This document shows, piece after piece, positions 1 to 8,936 of a stretch of DNA of 64,000 bases (position 1 is its first letter; each line of letters starts with the position of its first letter). The stretch spans positions 9,792 through 73,791 of the forward strand of contig JBAZWL010000019.1 in the NCBI GenBank assembly GCA_041660405.1. Reading direction: 5' to 3'. Under the pieces are notes generated by a model. The model had not been told where the DNA came from and made no database searches. It worked only from the letters and a program-made list of their open reading frames with translations. The stretch comes from Taibaiella sp. Lineage in GTDB: Bacteria > Bacteroidota > Bacteroidia > Chitinophagales > Chitinophagaceae. The position numbers were made by a program, and so were the translations under genes.

Positions 1-1
1 T

Positions 2-367
2 CTATTATACGATGGAACTCCGGAATCTGTTCATGCAATCAAGACATTCTGTTTTATTATGGCTGGTTTCAAAACCTTGCAGATAGAAGTTTTATCTGTC
101 AAAAAACAGTCTCAGTCTCTGCATTTGCCTGATAATAAATTGTTGAAGGAATACCTTAAGAGGCATTATCCCCGGGCAATATATACAGTATGCAAAGGAG
201 ATGCAGAAACAAAAATACCCGCATTAATAAAGAAAGAAGATGGGGGAACACTTGTTGTATCTGGTGCTTATAACAGAGGGTATATTTCCAGGTGGTTTCG
301 CCCCAGTATGGCGGACATCCTTCTAAGTACTGTAAAATCACCTTTATTTATCAGTCCTGTTAAGTAA
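2..367 (+). CDS. Universal stress protein, C-terminal part (gene starts before the window)
   Basis: Frame open from base 2 (LLYDGTPESVHAIKTF...); USP C-terminal pattern VVSGAYNRG...SMADILL...PLFI. Confidence 0.8.
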   Translation, partial: LLYDGTPESVHAIKTFCFIMAGFKTLQIEVLSVKKQSQSLHLPDNKLLKEYLKRHYPRAIYTVCKGDAETKIPALIKKEDGGTLVVSGAYNRGYISRWFRPSMADILLSTVKSPLFISPVK

Positions 368-421
368 AAAGCTTGCGAAACAAAAATGGTATCAGGCAGA
401 CTATATTGACTAATTAAGCTT

Positions 422-844
422 TCAGGTTCCTGAAAGCTTAATATCTATCAACTTCTTAATATCAGAAATCATTGCAGAAGTTGCAACCTTAATTCTGAAG
501 CCCCGGCCTTCAGCATAAACTCTGGCTTCCTGGATAACTTTTTTAATATCATTATTAATATCGCTTTCCAAGGCGGTATTAGTTGCTTTCTCTCCGAATA
601 CAAAAGAGGCGTTGAAATATCCTTTGCAGGGCATTAAATAAATGATGACGCTCTTCTTTCCTTTAAGCCTGCAGTTCCAGCCATACTTTGAAAAATTCCA
701 TTCTTCTTTTACAGGAAATTCACTGCTATTAAATACATGCTCCCTTATTTTGGTCCATGCACCAAATTGTTTTCCTAATACTGTAGAAAGATTCTCTAAG
801 TTGGGTGCTTCTGTTTTATCTGTAAAAAAACTTGTTTCTGACAT
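422..844 (-). CDS. DUF3788-like protein
   Basis: EEWNFSKYGW...IIYLMP...EGRGFRI pattern; start moved to MSETSFF because a TATTTTTG -7 element lies at 861-868. Confidence 0.65.
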   Translation of the reverse strand: MSETSFFTDKTEAPNLENLSTVLGKQFGAWTKIREHVFNSSEFPVKEEWNFSKYGWNCRLKGKKSVIIYLMPCKGYFNASFVFGEKATNTALESDINNDIKKVIQEARVYAEGRGFRIKVATSAMISDIKKLIDIKLSGT

Positions 845-906
845 GGTGTTTTTTTTTTCGCAAAAATAAGATCTCGTAAGGATATTCCGCATAGTCACAT
901 GTCGGC

Positions 907-2016
907 TTAGTGATAACTGATTTCAGTAATTTCCCATTTATAATAACTGAAATTTCCAGATTTCAAACTCCATATAACTTCACCCTTCACTGGTATTTTA
1001 AAACCATCAAGCACCCTCCATTCATTACAGGGAACATACCAATCTTCCAAAGTTGCTGAGTTACCATTTGCCATGTATCGCTTTGCGCTAAAAGCCAGGA
1101 CGTTTCCGTTACTATCGAATCTGAAGATACCGCTTGCCTCTGTTGATCCAACACACATTGTGGCTTTTGCACTATTCCTACTTATGCTCTCCCATTTAAT
1201 ATAAGGGCTTACAGCCGCAGACGGGAACCAACACATTTCTCCCATAAACCTAAGTAATGAACCTTGATCAATTTTCCTTCCGGAACTATTAACTATAGGT
1301 ATTAATGAGAAGAGCTTGATCAACATGGATCCCAAACCATTCTTAAATTCATCTCTTCCCGAATACCATATTACAGCATTCATGCTCACTTTTACTTTCC
1401 AGATAAATGCAGGATCATCAATATTGAAGAATTGTTCTGCATCAGCAGGCATCCATCTACCTGTGAGACTTGTACGCATTTTACCCTTCTGCTTTAGACA
1501 AACAGTCTTTATTTTTCTTCCAACAGCACCAGAGACAATAAGCCAGGTTTGAACGCACTCTGGCAACTCCTTTATGGAAGCTGCAGTTATGGTACGAGAC
1601 GCAGCCGGGTTCTCCTTATTTATGATTTCTCTGATTTCGCTTTGTACAAATCGATTAAAAGTCCAGTCTGCGAAATTAATTACCGCTAGTATGAGTATGA
1701 CTAGGTTAGCGAGCGTACCGGCCTTTGCATCCTTCCAGGATATAATGATAAGCGTCTGAGATATCAATATAGCAAGAATAGCAAGAGCCCACCAGTAGTT
1801 TCCACTCACTATTCTTGTCGCTGCTAATAGAAACAATAACATACAAGCCAGCCATAATAGACCGAGTGGTTTATGAGCATATCCGGGAATAACGAACAAG
1901 GTATATCCCATAAACCCTTTTAATTCAAAGATGTTCCAGAACCTTGCAAAGCCTATAAAATGAATAAGGCCATGCAGAACAATAAGCAATAATAAAAGTA
2001 TTTTCATGAGAGGCAT
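907..2016 (-). CDS. Membrane-anchored DUF6544/DUF6920-like protein
   Basis: N-terminal TM helices (HGLIHFIGF), then LP..VQ.WL, AEQFF..P.FIW, LLRFMGEMCWFPSA motifs. Confidence 0.65.
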   Translation of the reverse strand: MPLMKILLLLLIVLHGLIHFIGFARFWNIFELKGFMGYTLFVIPGYAHKPLGLLWLACMLLFLLAATRIVSGNYWWALAILAILISQTLIIISWKDAKAGTLANLVILILAVINFADWTFNRFVQSEIREIINKENPAASRTITAASIKELPECVQTWLIVSGAVGRKIKTVCLKQKGKMRTSLTGRWMPADAEQFFNIDDPAFIWKVKVSMNAVIWYSGRDEFKNGLGSMLIKLFSLIPIVNSSGRKIDQGSLLRFMGEMCWFPSAAVSPYIKWESISRNSAKATMCVGSTEASGIFRFDSNGNVLAFSAKRYMANGNSATLEDWYVPCNEWRVLDGFKIPVKGEVIWSLKSGNFSYYKWEITEISYH

Positions 2017-2104
2017 ATTTGATACAATGAACTAACTGTGGTTAATTATGTTTTATTCGTTATAAACGGGCTCAAAACTTATGATACGGAACTTGCTATT
2101 AGTG

Positions 2105-2170
2105 TAAAAGTATCTTCAACCATGGAAAAGGTCAATGACTTTCGTTAATGCAACCGTTGATGTCTATCAA
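2105..2170 (-). promoter_or_regulatory. FNR-like tandem boxes plus -7 element for 907..2016
   Basis: -7-like TACTTTTA (rc 2105-2112), 22-nt gap, ATGACTTTCGTTAA 2135-2148, perfect TTGATGTCTATCAA 2157-2170. Confidence 0.75.
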
Positions 2171-2215
2171 TCAGCTAACAACAGACATGTTTCATGATGA
2201 AAGATGGCCGAAGGA

Positions 2216-2259
2216 ATGATACTCATCATCTTTTAAAAATGATAAAGGAGATTACTTTG
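2216..2259 (+). promoter_or_regulatory. FNR-like box plus -7 element for the SDR operon
   Basis: ATGATACTCATCAT 2216-2229, 22-nt gap, TTACTTTG 2252-2259; ATGAT half-site at 2194. Confidence 0.75.
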
Positions 2260-2276
2260 CTAAAAAATCAAAAATC

Positions 2277-3032
2277 ATGAAACAGCTGGAAAATAAAGTG
2301 GCTATTGTAACAGGAGGGGCTTCAGGAATTGGAGCGGCTACTGCATTGCTTTTCGCAGCCCATGGAGCTAAAGTTATTGTCTCTGACTTGAACGAAAAAT
2401 CAGGAATTGAAATTGTTGACAGAATAAAATCGGCTGGAGGCGAAGCCAGTTTTATAAAAACTGATGTAAGTAACCCTGATGATTGCAGTCGTCTGGTCAT
2501 CCAAACTTTAAAACTATACAATCGTCTTGATGTAGCTTTTAACAATGCAGGTATAAGCGGGGAAAGTAATACTGTTGGTGAAACGAGTATAGAAGGCTGG
2601 AATAAGGTAATTTCCGTTAATCTCAACAGTGTTTTCTATTGCATGAAGTACGAAATTCAGGCAATGAGCAAGAATGAAGGTGGAACCATTGTCAATATGG
2701 CTTCTATTCTTGGCCAGGTTGGCTTTGCTAATGCTGCAGGTTATGTGGCCGCCAAACATGGTGTTGTGGGATTGACCAAAACAGCTGCTATCGAATACTC
2801 CTCAAAAGGTATCCGTGTAAACGCCGTTGGCCCGGGTTTCATAGATACACCTTTACTTGACGCTGCCGGTATGGATGAAACTTCTAAAAGACAAATTGCC
2901 GGCTTACATCCTATTGGCCGCCTGGGTAAACCGGAAGAGGTTGCCGAATTGGTCCTTTGGCTGAGCTCGGCCAAATCATCTTTTGTTTCAGGATCTTATT
3001 ATCCCGTAGATGGTGCATATTTATCCCAATAA
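2277..3032 (+). CDS. Short-chain dehydrogenase/reductase (classical SDR)
   Basis: TGGASGIG, NNAG, catalytic YVAAK, NAVGPG. Confidence 0.95.
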   Translation: MKQLENKVAIVTGGASGIGAATALLFAAHGAKVIVSDLNEKSGIEIVDRIKSAGGEASFIKTDVSNPDDCSRLVIQTLKLYNRLDVAFNNAGISGESNTVGETSIEGWNKVISVNLNSVFYCMKYEIQAMSKNEGGTIVNMASILGQVGFANAAGYVAAKHGVVGLTKTAAIEYSSKGIRVNAVGPGFIDTPLLDAAGMDETSKRQIAGLHPIGRLGKPEEVAELVLWLSSAKSSFVSGSYYPVDGAYLSQ

Positions 3033-3106
3033 GAATTGAGATAAACTTCAACTCATTATCGATTTTTATAACCCAGGTATAATTACCATTTCTAATTCTT
3101 TAAACA

Positions 3107-3487
3107 ATGAACACAACAAATATTCGCCATTGGCAAAGTAAGCATAACGATTGGTTACGTGCTTTAAACTTTTACAAAGGAGAAATAAAAATCCTGAATG
3201 ACCGGCTTACAGAAATTTCCGGAAAGTATACATCAAAAGAAATTGCAACACAAGTCGAACATTTCCAGAATCAGTTCGTCCTTCATCGGGATAACGAAGA
3301 GAAATTGGAGCATAGCATCAGGCATAATCTCGAACAGATTGCAAGGGATGCTGAAGCGAAAACCGGCTTTGTATCTAACAATTTGTTGGAGCAACTTCAA
3401 CAAAACCAGCAGGAATTTTTAAGTGAAGAACAACATGTTAATCAATTAAGGCATGAGTTCAATGCTTTTTGCTCATCGTGGATGTAA
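3107..3487 (+). CDS. Hypothetical all-helical protein, related to 29576..29953
   Basis: 126-aa ORF in operon; W..L, QVEHFQNQF and L.H pattern shared with 29576..29953. Confidence 0.7.
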   Translation: MNTTNIRHWQSKHNDWLRALNFYKGEIKILNDRLTEISGKYTSKEIATQVEHFQNQFVLHRDNEEKLEHSIRHNLEQIARDAEAKTGFVSNNLLEQLQQNQQEFLSEEQHVNQLRHEFNAFCSSWM

Positions 3488-3515
3488 AACATGCTTATTC
3501 CGATATTAACTATTT

Positions 3516-4388
3516 ATGAATCGCACGCACAAGCAAACAACGATTATTAAAGCTTCAGGTGAACGGAATGTTTTTTCGGCTGATAAATTGAGGAACTCCT
3601 TATTACGGTCCGGGGCATCAAAGGATGTTGTCAATGAAATTGTTGAAAAAATCATAGCAGAACTATATGAGGGTATGCCAACATCAGCGATTTATGGAAA
3701 AGCGTTCAGGTTATTAAAACAACATAAAAAAGGGTTTGCAGCAAAATATAAACTTAAGGCAGCTATTATGGAGCTTGGCCCTACAGGCTTTCCATTTGAA
3801 CAGTTTATTGCAAAGGTATTTGAACGTTTGGGCTATACAACACAAACCGGCAAAATCATTGCAGGTAAATGTGTAACACATGAAGTAGATGTAATCGCCC
3901 GGAAAGATGGAGAAGAAAGCCTGGTGGAATGTAAGTTCCATCAGCAAAAGGGAGTGTTTTGTGATGTTAAAATCCCACTATACATCAGTGCACGATTCCG
4001 GGATATCCAGGATAACCGAGATCGTTTGAACGCTAAAACCACGAGCCATCCTTTTACAGGTTGGCTCGTGACTAATACTCATTTTACTAAAGATGCAGTT
4101 TCCTACGGTCTATGCGCAGGGCTTAAATTAATGGGTTGGGATCTCCCGGCAAAAGACAGTCTGCGGGAACTTATAGACAAATATGGCATTCATCCCCTTA
4201 CCACATTAACCACCTTAACCAAATATGAAAAACAGCAACTCCTGGAAAAAAACATTGTACTATGCTCCGATTTGGAACATCACTGGGAATTGCTGGAGCG
4301 TATCATTCACGCCGAAAGGGTTATAAAGGTAAAAGAAGAGTGCAAATATCTATCCAATAAAAAAGCTAACAGCGGAATTTACCTGTAA
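3516..4388 (+). CDS. ATP-cone domain plus Mrr-like PD-(D/E)xK restriction-endonuclease domain protein
   Basis: N-terminal IIKASGE..FS.DKL..SL (ATP cone); GFPFEQFI, HEVDVIA, LVECK, GWLVTN (Mrr_cat-like). Confidence 0.8.
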   Translation: MNRTHKQTTIIKASGERNVFSADKLRNSLLRSGASKDVVNEIVEKIIAELYEGMPTSAIYGKAFRLLKQHKKGFAAKYKLKAAIMELGPTGFPFEQFIAKVFERLGYTTQTGKIIAGKCVTHEVDVIARKDGEESLVECKFHQQKGVFCDVKIPLYISARFRDIQDNRDRLNAKTTSHPFTGWLVTNTHFTKDAVSYGLCAGLKLMGWDLPAKDSLRELIDKYGIHPLTTLTTLTKYEKQQLLEKNIVLCSDLEHHWELLERIIHAERVIKVKEECKYLSNKKANSGIYL

Positions 4389-4393
4389 ATAAT

Positions 4394-4437
4394 AAATAAG
4401 CCCGGGAGATAGCATACGTTATCTCCCGGGCTTATTT
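4394..4437. terminator. Bidirectional intrinsic terminator
   Basis: Inverted repeat AAATAAGCCCGGGAGATA / TATCTCCCGGGCTTATTT between convergent genes. Confidence 0.85.
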
Positions 4438-4457
4438 TGACGTATGGATAAGCTATA

Positions 4458-5021
4458 CTATTTTTCAAAGCAGGCAATGGCTCCTGGCAGGCATGTTGCT
4501 ACACCGGTAATACCAGAAACGGTCAGCGTCATAAGAATGGCATCTATCACTTCTGCTTGGGTTGCTCCCAATTGTTTTGCCATGGGAACATGAAACGAAA
4601 GTGCTGCCTGATCTGCCTTTGACGCTTTTATAGCGATATAGATCAATTGCTTGGTTTTAGCATCCAGGCCTTTGGAATTTGAAATGGCCTGGATCAGCCC
4701 GTCGAAAGCCTTAGCCACATCCGGTGCTTCCCGGTTAAATATTTCCATGGCATTAAACTTCATCGGTTTTTCTGCATCTTGTCCCCTTTCTATGATCAGG
4801 GAACATTCCTTATTCAAGTCGCCAAGCGAACTGACAACCGTTAGTATCGGTGGAAGTAAGTCGCCGTCTGAAGCTCCGGTTACCGGGAAAGTGATCACCT
4901 CCCTACCCGATCCGTCAGCGATGGTCATGTTCCTTACCTTACCCTTTGCAACTACATCCAACACTTGCGTCAATAGGTCTTCGCCTTTCACTAAAATGGT
5001 TTCTTTGTTCATTATTTTCAA
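4458..5021 (-). CDS. DUF4342-like domain fused to a carboxymuconolactone decarboxylase (CMD/AhpD-like) domain
   Basis: N-half V.GEDLL..V......VR...I....G (DUF4342-like); C-half LDAKTKQLIYIA...FH...AKQLGAT.AEV (CMD). Confidence 0.65.
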   Translation of the reverse strand: MKIMNKETILVKGEDLLTQVLDVVAKGKVRNMTIADGSGREVITFPVTGASDGDLLPPILTVVSSLGDLNKECSLIIERGQDAEKPMKFNAMEIFNREAPDVAKAFDGLIQAISNSKGLDAKTKQLIYIAIKASKADQAALSFHVPMAKQLGATQAEVIDAILMTLTVSGITGVATCLPGAIACFEK

Positions 5022-5028
5022 TTTGAAT

Positions 5029-5070
5029 AGTTAATGGTTTAGTGAATTAAGTTAATGGTTTAGTGAATTA
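5029..5070. repeat. 21-bp perfect tandem duplication covering the stop codon of 5060..6355
   Basis: AGTTAATGGTTTAGTGAATTA twice (5029-5049, 5050-5070). Confidence 0.9.
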
Positions 5071-6355
5071 CATTGAATAGCTTTCCAAAGCGTTCATAAA
5101 AAGCGAACTCGAGTGTTTCCCGCTGATCAGGATGGGCAATGCTGATGAGCAAGCGCGCCCGCTGTTCCATATTCCGGCCGTAAAGATTTACCACACCATA
5201 CTCTGTAGCCACATAATGTACATGTCCTCTGGTTGTCACTACACCTGCTCCTTGTTTCAGAAAAGGAACAATACGGGATATACCGGATCGTGTTATGGAT
5301 GGTATTGCAATGACCGGCTTACCACCTGGTGACAAAGCCGCACCCCGCATAAAATCCATCTGTCCACCTATTCCTGAATATTGATAAGACCCGATTGAAT
5401 CAGCACATACCTGACCGGTAAGATCGATCTCAATAGCGCTATTAATGGCTACAACTTTAGGATTCCTACGAATAATATCGCTATCATTTACATAAGATAC
5501 ATCCATACAAGAGACATAAGGATTGTTGTCTACAAAATCATATACTTTCTTCGTACCCAGAATAAAGCTGCTGACTATTTTACCGCGACCTACTTTTTTA
5601 TGTTCATTAGTAACAACACCTTGTTCAACAAGAGGCACAAGGCTGTCCGAAAACATTTCGGTATGAACGCCCAGTCTCTTGTGCCCTGATAGCTGGCGCA
5701 ATACAGCATCCGGAATAGTACCTATACCCATTTGTAAAGTAGACCCGTCTTCTATTAATGAAGCTACCCGATAGCTGATCTGTTCGGATATTGTATCGGG
5801 AACTGCACTGTAATTTATTTCCGGCAAAGGACTATCTACCCATACCATTGAAGTAAATTCAGAATAGTGAATGACACCATCGCCAAGTACACGCGGCATG
5901 TGCCTGTTTACCTGAGCGATAACAGTCCGTGCATTTTTGACGGCACTTAATGCAGCATCAACAGATGTGCCCAAAGTACAGTAACCATGCTGATCCGGTG
6001 GCGAAACATGCACAATAGCAACATCAAGCGGCAATATTCCCTGCTCAAATAAACCCGGTATTTCACTTAAGAAAACAGGAATATAATTTCCATGGCTACT
6101 ATTGGCCCATTCCCTTAAATTACCAGACACAAAAAGGGAATTGAGATAAAAACTTTGAAGAACCTGCGGATGATCCCACTCGATATTTCCATAAGTGCTG
6201 ATACAAACAAGCTCTATGTTATTTATTTCATCAGCCCTGGCGAGTAGTTTGTTAAGCAGTACAAGGGGCGTTGCTGCTCCACCATGAATAAATACCCGAT
6301 CACCACTCTTTACAAGGCTTATGGCCTCTTCCGGTTTTTGATAATGAATGTCCAT
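5060..6355 (-). CDS. Acetyl-CoA hydrolase / 4-hydroxybutyrate CoA-transferase family
   Basis: LQMGIGTIP, HTEM (catalytic Glu), SGIGGQMDF, VATEYG. Confidence 0.92.
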   Translation of the reverse strand: MDIHYQKPEEAISLVKSGDRVFIHGGAATPLVLLNKLLARADEINNIELVCISTYGNIEWDHPQVLQSFYLNSLFVSGNLREWANSSHGNYIPVFLSEIPGLFEQGILPLDVAIVHVSPPDQHGYCTLGTSVDAALSAVKNARTVIAQVNRHMPRVLGDGVIHYSEFTSMVWVDSPLPEINYSAVPDTISEQISYRVASLIEDGSTLQMGIGTIPDAVLRQLSGHKRLGVHTEMFSDSLVPLVEQGVVTNEHKKVGRGKIVSSFILGTKKVYDFVDNNPYVSCMDVSYVNDSDIIRRNPKVVAINSAIEIDLTGQVCADSIGSYQYSGIGGQMDFMRGAALSPGGKPVIAIPSITRSGISRIVPFLKQGAGVVTTRGHVHYVATEYGVVNLYGRNMEQRARLLISIAHPDQRETLEFAFYERFGKLFNVIH

Positions 6356-6405
6356 AAGTTTGACTATAATTAAACTATTGTTGTTTTAGGCGTAAAAACT
6401 GTATT

Positions 6406-7230
6406 CTAATAATGCATGATCATAATCGGCACTTTGGGATGTAGTACCATATCTTTTGTAATGCTTTTATGGAACAGGCTTTCAAGAAAATTCCGCTCTT
6501 TCGGAACCAGTAATAATAAATCTATTGCCTCTTTATGTACAAAGTTCACAATGCCATCTCCAACATTTTCATTCGTAACAATACGGATGTCCGGATGAAG
6601 CCTTGCAAGGTTTATCTGAACGGACTTTGCCCCGGCCAAAACAGAAGGATACATATTCTCATTCGGTTTGCTTACATATAATACAATAAGTCGCGCCCGT
6701 AAATCATAGAATAGTTTGCTGATGGCATTAAATGGTATTGTTTCCGAAACGTGTTTCATATCACACGCAAGCCCCATGTTTTCAATTTTTCTGAATCGAG
6801 CTTCCGGTGGCACTATAATAAGCGGACGATTGAACTCTCTTGCCGCAAGTAGTGTATAACTTCCAAATATAAGTGCGTCGACAGCTCCCGTGCCTGTTGT
6901 CCCCATAACGATCCAGACGTCAGCTTCGCTTTTCATCATAGCCATAACCTGCGTCCGAAAAGAACCATCCACTACACTTCCTGAAATAGGAACTTTATTT
7001 TTTGTTCGTTGCTGTAACCGGATTTCTAACTTATCCATTGAAATGGTCGCATCTTCTATACTTGCGTCATAATTTTCGACCGGAACCGGCACATCAAGAA
7101 TTACAAGCGGCATTTGAACCACATGTATCAATTTCAGCTCAGCATGCAACTGGAGTGCAAGATCTGCAGCATATTCCGCAGCATTTAAGGCAACTGCTGA
7201 AAAGTCTGTTGGGACAATAATAGTTTTCAT
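6406..7230 (-). CDS. Universal stress protein (tandem USP domains)
   Basis: MKTIIVPTDFS, IVMGTTG, FGS. Confidence 0.92.
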   Translation of the reverse strand: MKTIIVPTDFSAVALNAAEYAADLALQLHAELKLIHVVQMPLVILDVPVPVENYDASIEDATISMDKLEIRLQQRTKNKVPISGSVVDGSFRTQVMAMMKSEADVWIVMGTTGTGAVDALIFGSYTLLAAREFNRPLIIVPPEARFRKIENMGLACDMKHVSETIPFNAISKLFYDLRARLIVLYVSKPNENMYPSVLAGAKSVQINLARLHPDIRIVTNENVGDGIVNFVHKEAIDLLLLVPKERNFLESLFHKSITKDMVLHPKVPIMIMHY

Positions 7231-7249
7231 AATGGTTATGTTTATCCGG

Positions 7250-7336
7250 CAAAATTATTCCATCACTATAGTCTGGACAGTGATATAAACCAATGCCGGA
7301 TATGATTTTAAACATCTTTTTACCGATCGTCATCAT
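7250..7336 (-). promoter_or_regulatory. -7 element plus three phased FNR-like boxes (USP/CoA-hydrolase operon)
   Basis: TAATTTTG (rc 7250-7257), 22-nt gap, GTGATATAAACCAA 7280, ATGATTTTAAACAT 7302, CCGATCGTCATCAT 7323. Confidence 0.65.
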
Positions 7337-7369
7337 GTAGCAAAAAACGTTCTAAATGTTTCCCCGCGC

Positions 7370-7435
7370 TTAATCACGATCATCAGGTATTATGACTAAT
7401 GTTATTAACTTCTATAAATGGTTTTGTGACCTTTG
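7370..7435 (+). promoter_or_regulatory. Tandem FNR-like boxes plus -7 element for 7453..7920
   Basis: TTAATCACGATCAT 7370, ATGACTAATGTTAT 7392, 22-nt gap, GACCTTTG 7428-7435. Confidence 0.6.
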
Positions 7436-7452
7436 TATTTCAATGATTCTTT

Positions 7453-7920
7453 ATGAAAAAAATGTATCTGGCAACCTCAATAATATATTTGGCCCTGTCT
7501 TCCCTATTCATAGGTCCGGGCTGCAAGAGATATGAGCATAAGAAGGAAGAGAAAGTAATAAAGAGAGAAAGAGCGGAAACAGAAAAGTCGACATCTGATC
7601 TAAACGACGCAGTCGTTATTACGGACATTGCTGGCTGGGATTCTGCGAAAGATTACAGACAATTTGTCGACACATCCATAGGGAGGATTAATGCATGCAA
7701 CACAAACATTCTTCATGTCAAACAGAAAATAAAGAAAGAGCATCAAAAAATACCGAAGAGGTATGAAAGAAAGTTCACTAAATTGGAAAGAAAGAGTCAT
7801 GAACTTGAAGAAAGGCTTAGCCGTTACACCATAAAAAATAACTCTGATTGGGAAGATTTTACTAAGCTGTTCAATTATGACCTGCAGCAACTTGAGTTGG
7901 CTGTAAAAAAACTAAATTGA
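7453..7920 (+). CDS. Hypothetical exported/lipoprotein-like coiled-coil protein
   Basis: Basic N-terminus, hydrophobic stretch and PGC; Lys/Glu-rich helices ending WEDF...F. Confidence 0.65.
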   Translation: MKKMYLATSIIYLALSSLFIGPGCKRYEHKKEEKVIKRERAETEKSTSDLNDAVVITDIAGWDSAKDYRQFVDTSIGRINACNTNILHVKQKIKKEHQKIPKRYERKFTKLERKSHELEERLSRYTIKNNSDWEDFTKLFNYDLQQLELAVKKLN

Positions 7921-7938
7921 CCATTCGGCTCTCAATAA

Positions 7939-7982
7939 GATCGGCCATTAACCTGGCTTTATACTGCAGGTAATGGCCGATC
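7939..7982. terminator. Intrinsic terminator between convergent genes
   Basis: GATCGGCCATTA...TAATGGCCGATC inverted repeat. Confidence 0.7.
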
Positions 7983-8000
7983 ATTTTCTCTGACATATCA

Positions 8001-8384
8001 TCAACAGTTTATCGGAACTTCAATTCTCCTCCCCTTTTCCCGTATTACCTTTTTAGGTAGTATTACTTTTATGCCATAGGGCCTGAGGAATGCTCTTACC
8101 ATATCTTGCTTTACATCGGCAGGTAAAAACATTCGTAAGATTGTTTCCCGCTCTTCAATTTCCAGATTCCCTGCATGTTTTATCATATCAATATTAAGAA
8201 TATAGTCCTGGATGAAGACCGAAAAACTTGCGGTTTTAATATCTGAAAGGTGTAATCGCAACTCATACGCATCCGCAAGGTCCTTTAAGAAGGCCGACTG
8301 ATGAATACATTGCTCTTGTTGCAATATTGCGAGGGGCTTTATCTGAAGATCGTTACAGATCCGGAAAGGTTTCAGGAATGGCAT
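8001..8384 (-). CDS. Hypothetical protein
   Basis: 127-aa ORF 12 nt downstream of 8397..8807, A-rich leader. Confidence 0.55.
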   Translation of the reverse strand: MPFLKPFRICNDLQIKPLAILQQEQCIHQSAFLKDLADAYELRLHLSDIKTASFSVFIQDYILNIDMIKHAGNLEIEERETILRMFLPADVKQDMVRAFLRPYGIKVILPKKVIREKGRRIEVPINC

Positions 8385-8396
8385 TGTTTTATTTTT

Positions 8397-8807
8397 TTAA
8401 GTTAAATCAAGTAAATTAAAATCTTCAGGTTCTTTCCGTGGTTGCTGGATACAACTTTCTTTGCCAATTTCATTTTGCTCTTGCAAGGTCCAATGATCTG
8501 TTTGAATAGTTTCCAGCCAAAGGTTTCCTGACTTTCGGAAAATCTGAACACATAATCCCAGTATTTTAAAGAAATCATATTCTACTGCTGCAACCGTTCT
8601 GTCAGGACTAATATCAATTCTGCCGGACGTGTGAAACATGGTAACCTCTTCCATAGGCTTATCTAATGGGATACGTTCTGATTCAAAGCTTGCAGCCTTT
8701 TCCTCATGCGGATTTTTATAAAATCGAAGTGTGAGATAAGGATAATACTCCTGAAATGCTGTCTTGATATTGATAAGCACATCGTCTTCAATAACGTTGA
8801 TTTCCAT
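8397..8807 (-). CDS. Conserved-looking hypothetical protein
   Basis: 136-aa ORF (YPYLTLRFY, GLCVQIFRKSGNLWLET, WTLQEQN) preceded by a box/-7 promoter. Confidence 0.75.
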   Translation of the reverse strand: MEINVIEDDVLINIKTAFQEYYPYLTLRFYKNPHEEKAASFESERIPLDKPMEEVTMFHTSGRIDISPDRTVAAVEYDFFKILGLCVQIFRKSGNLWLETIQTDHWTLQEQNEIGKESCIQQPRKEPEDFNLLDLT

Positions 8808-8827
8808 ATTGCTTCATTTAATTAATT

Positions 8828-8893
8828 CAAAATTAGTTTGTTCCCCCACAGACAGCAATGATGTCTGTTAGCATAGAGGCTTTTCATCATCAT
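8828..8893 (-). promoter_or_regulatory. -7 element plus FNR-like box; divergent region shared with the LOG gene
   Basis: TAATTTTG (rc 8828-8835), 22-nt gap, ATGATGTCTGTTAG 8858; ATCAT half-site ends at 8893, 22 nt before GATCTTTA (8916). Confidence 0.65.
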
Positions 8894-8936
8894 CTTTTAC
8901 ACTAATACATTGTCTGATCTTTATAAAAAAAATAAA

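Noticed and set aside
849-858. T10 run upstream of the DUF3788-like gene as a phase-variation tract
   Set aside because: Reads as an A-rich 5' leader between the -7 element and ATG, ordinary for Bacteroidota
861-904. FNR-like box for the DUF3788-like gene
   Set aside because: A -7 element is present but the sequence 22 nt away (ATAGTCACATGTCG) does not fit the palindrome
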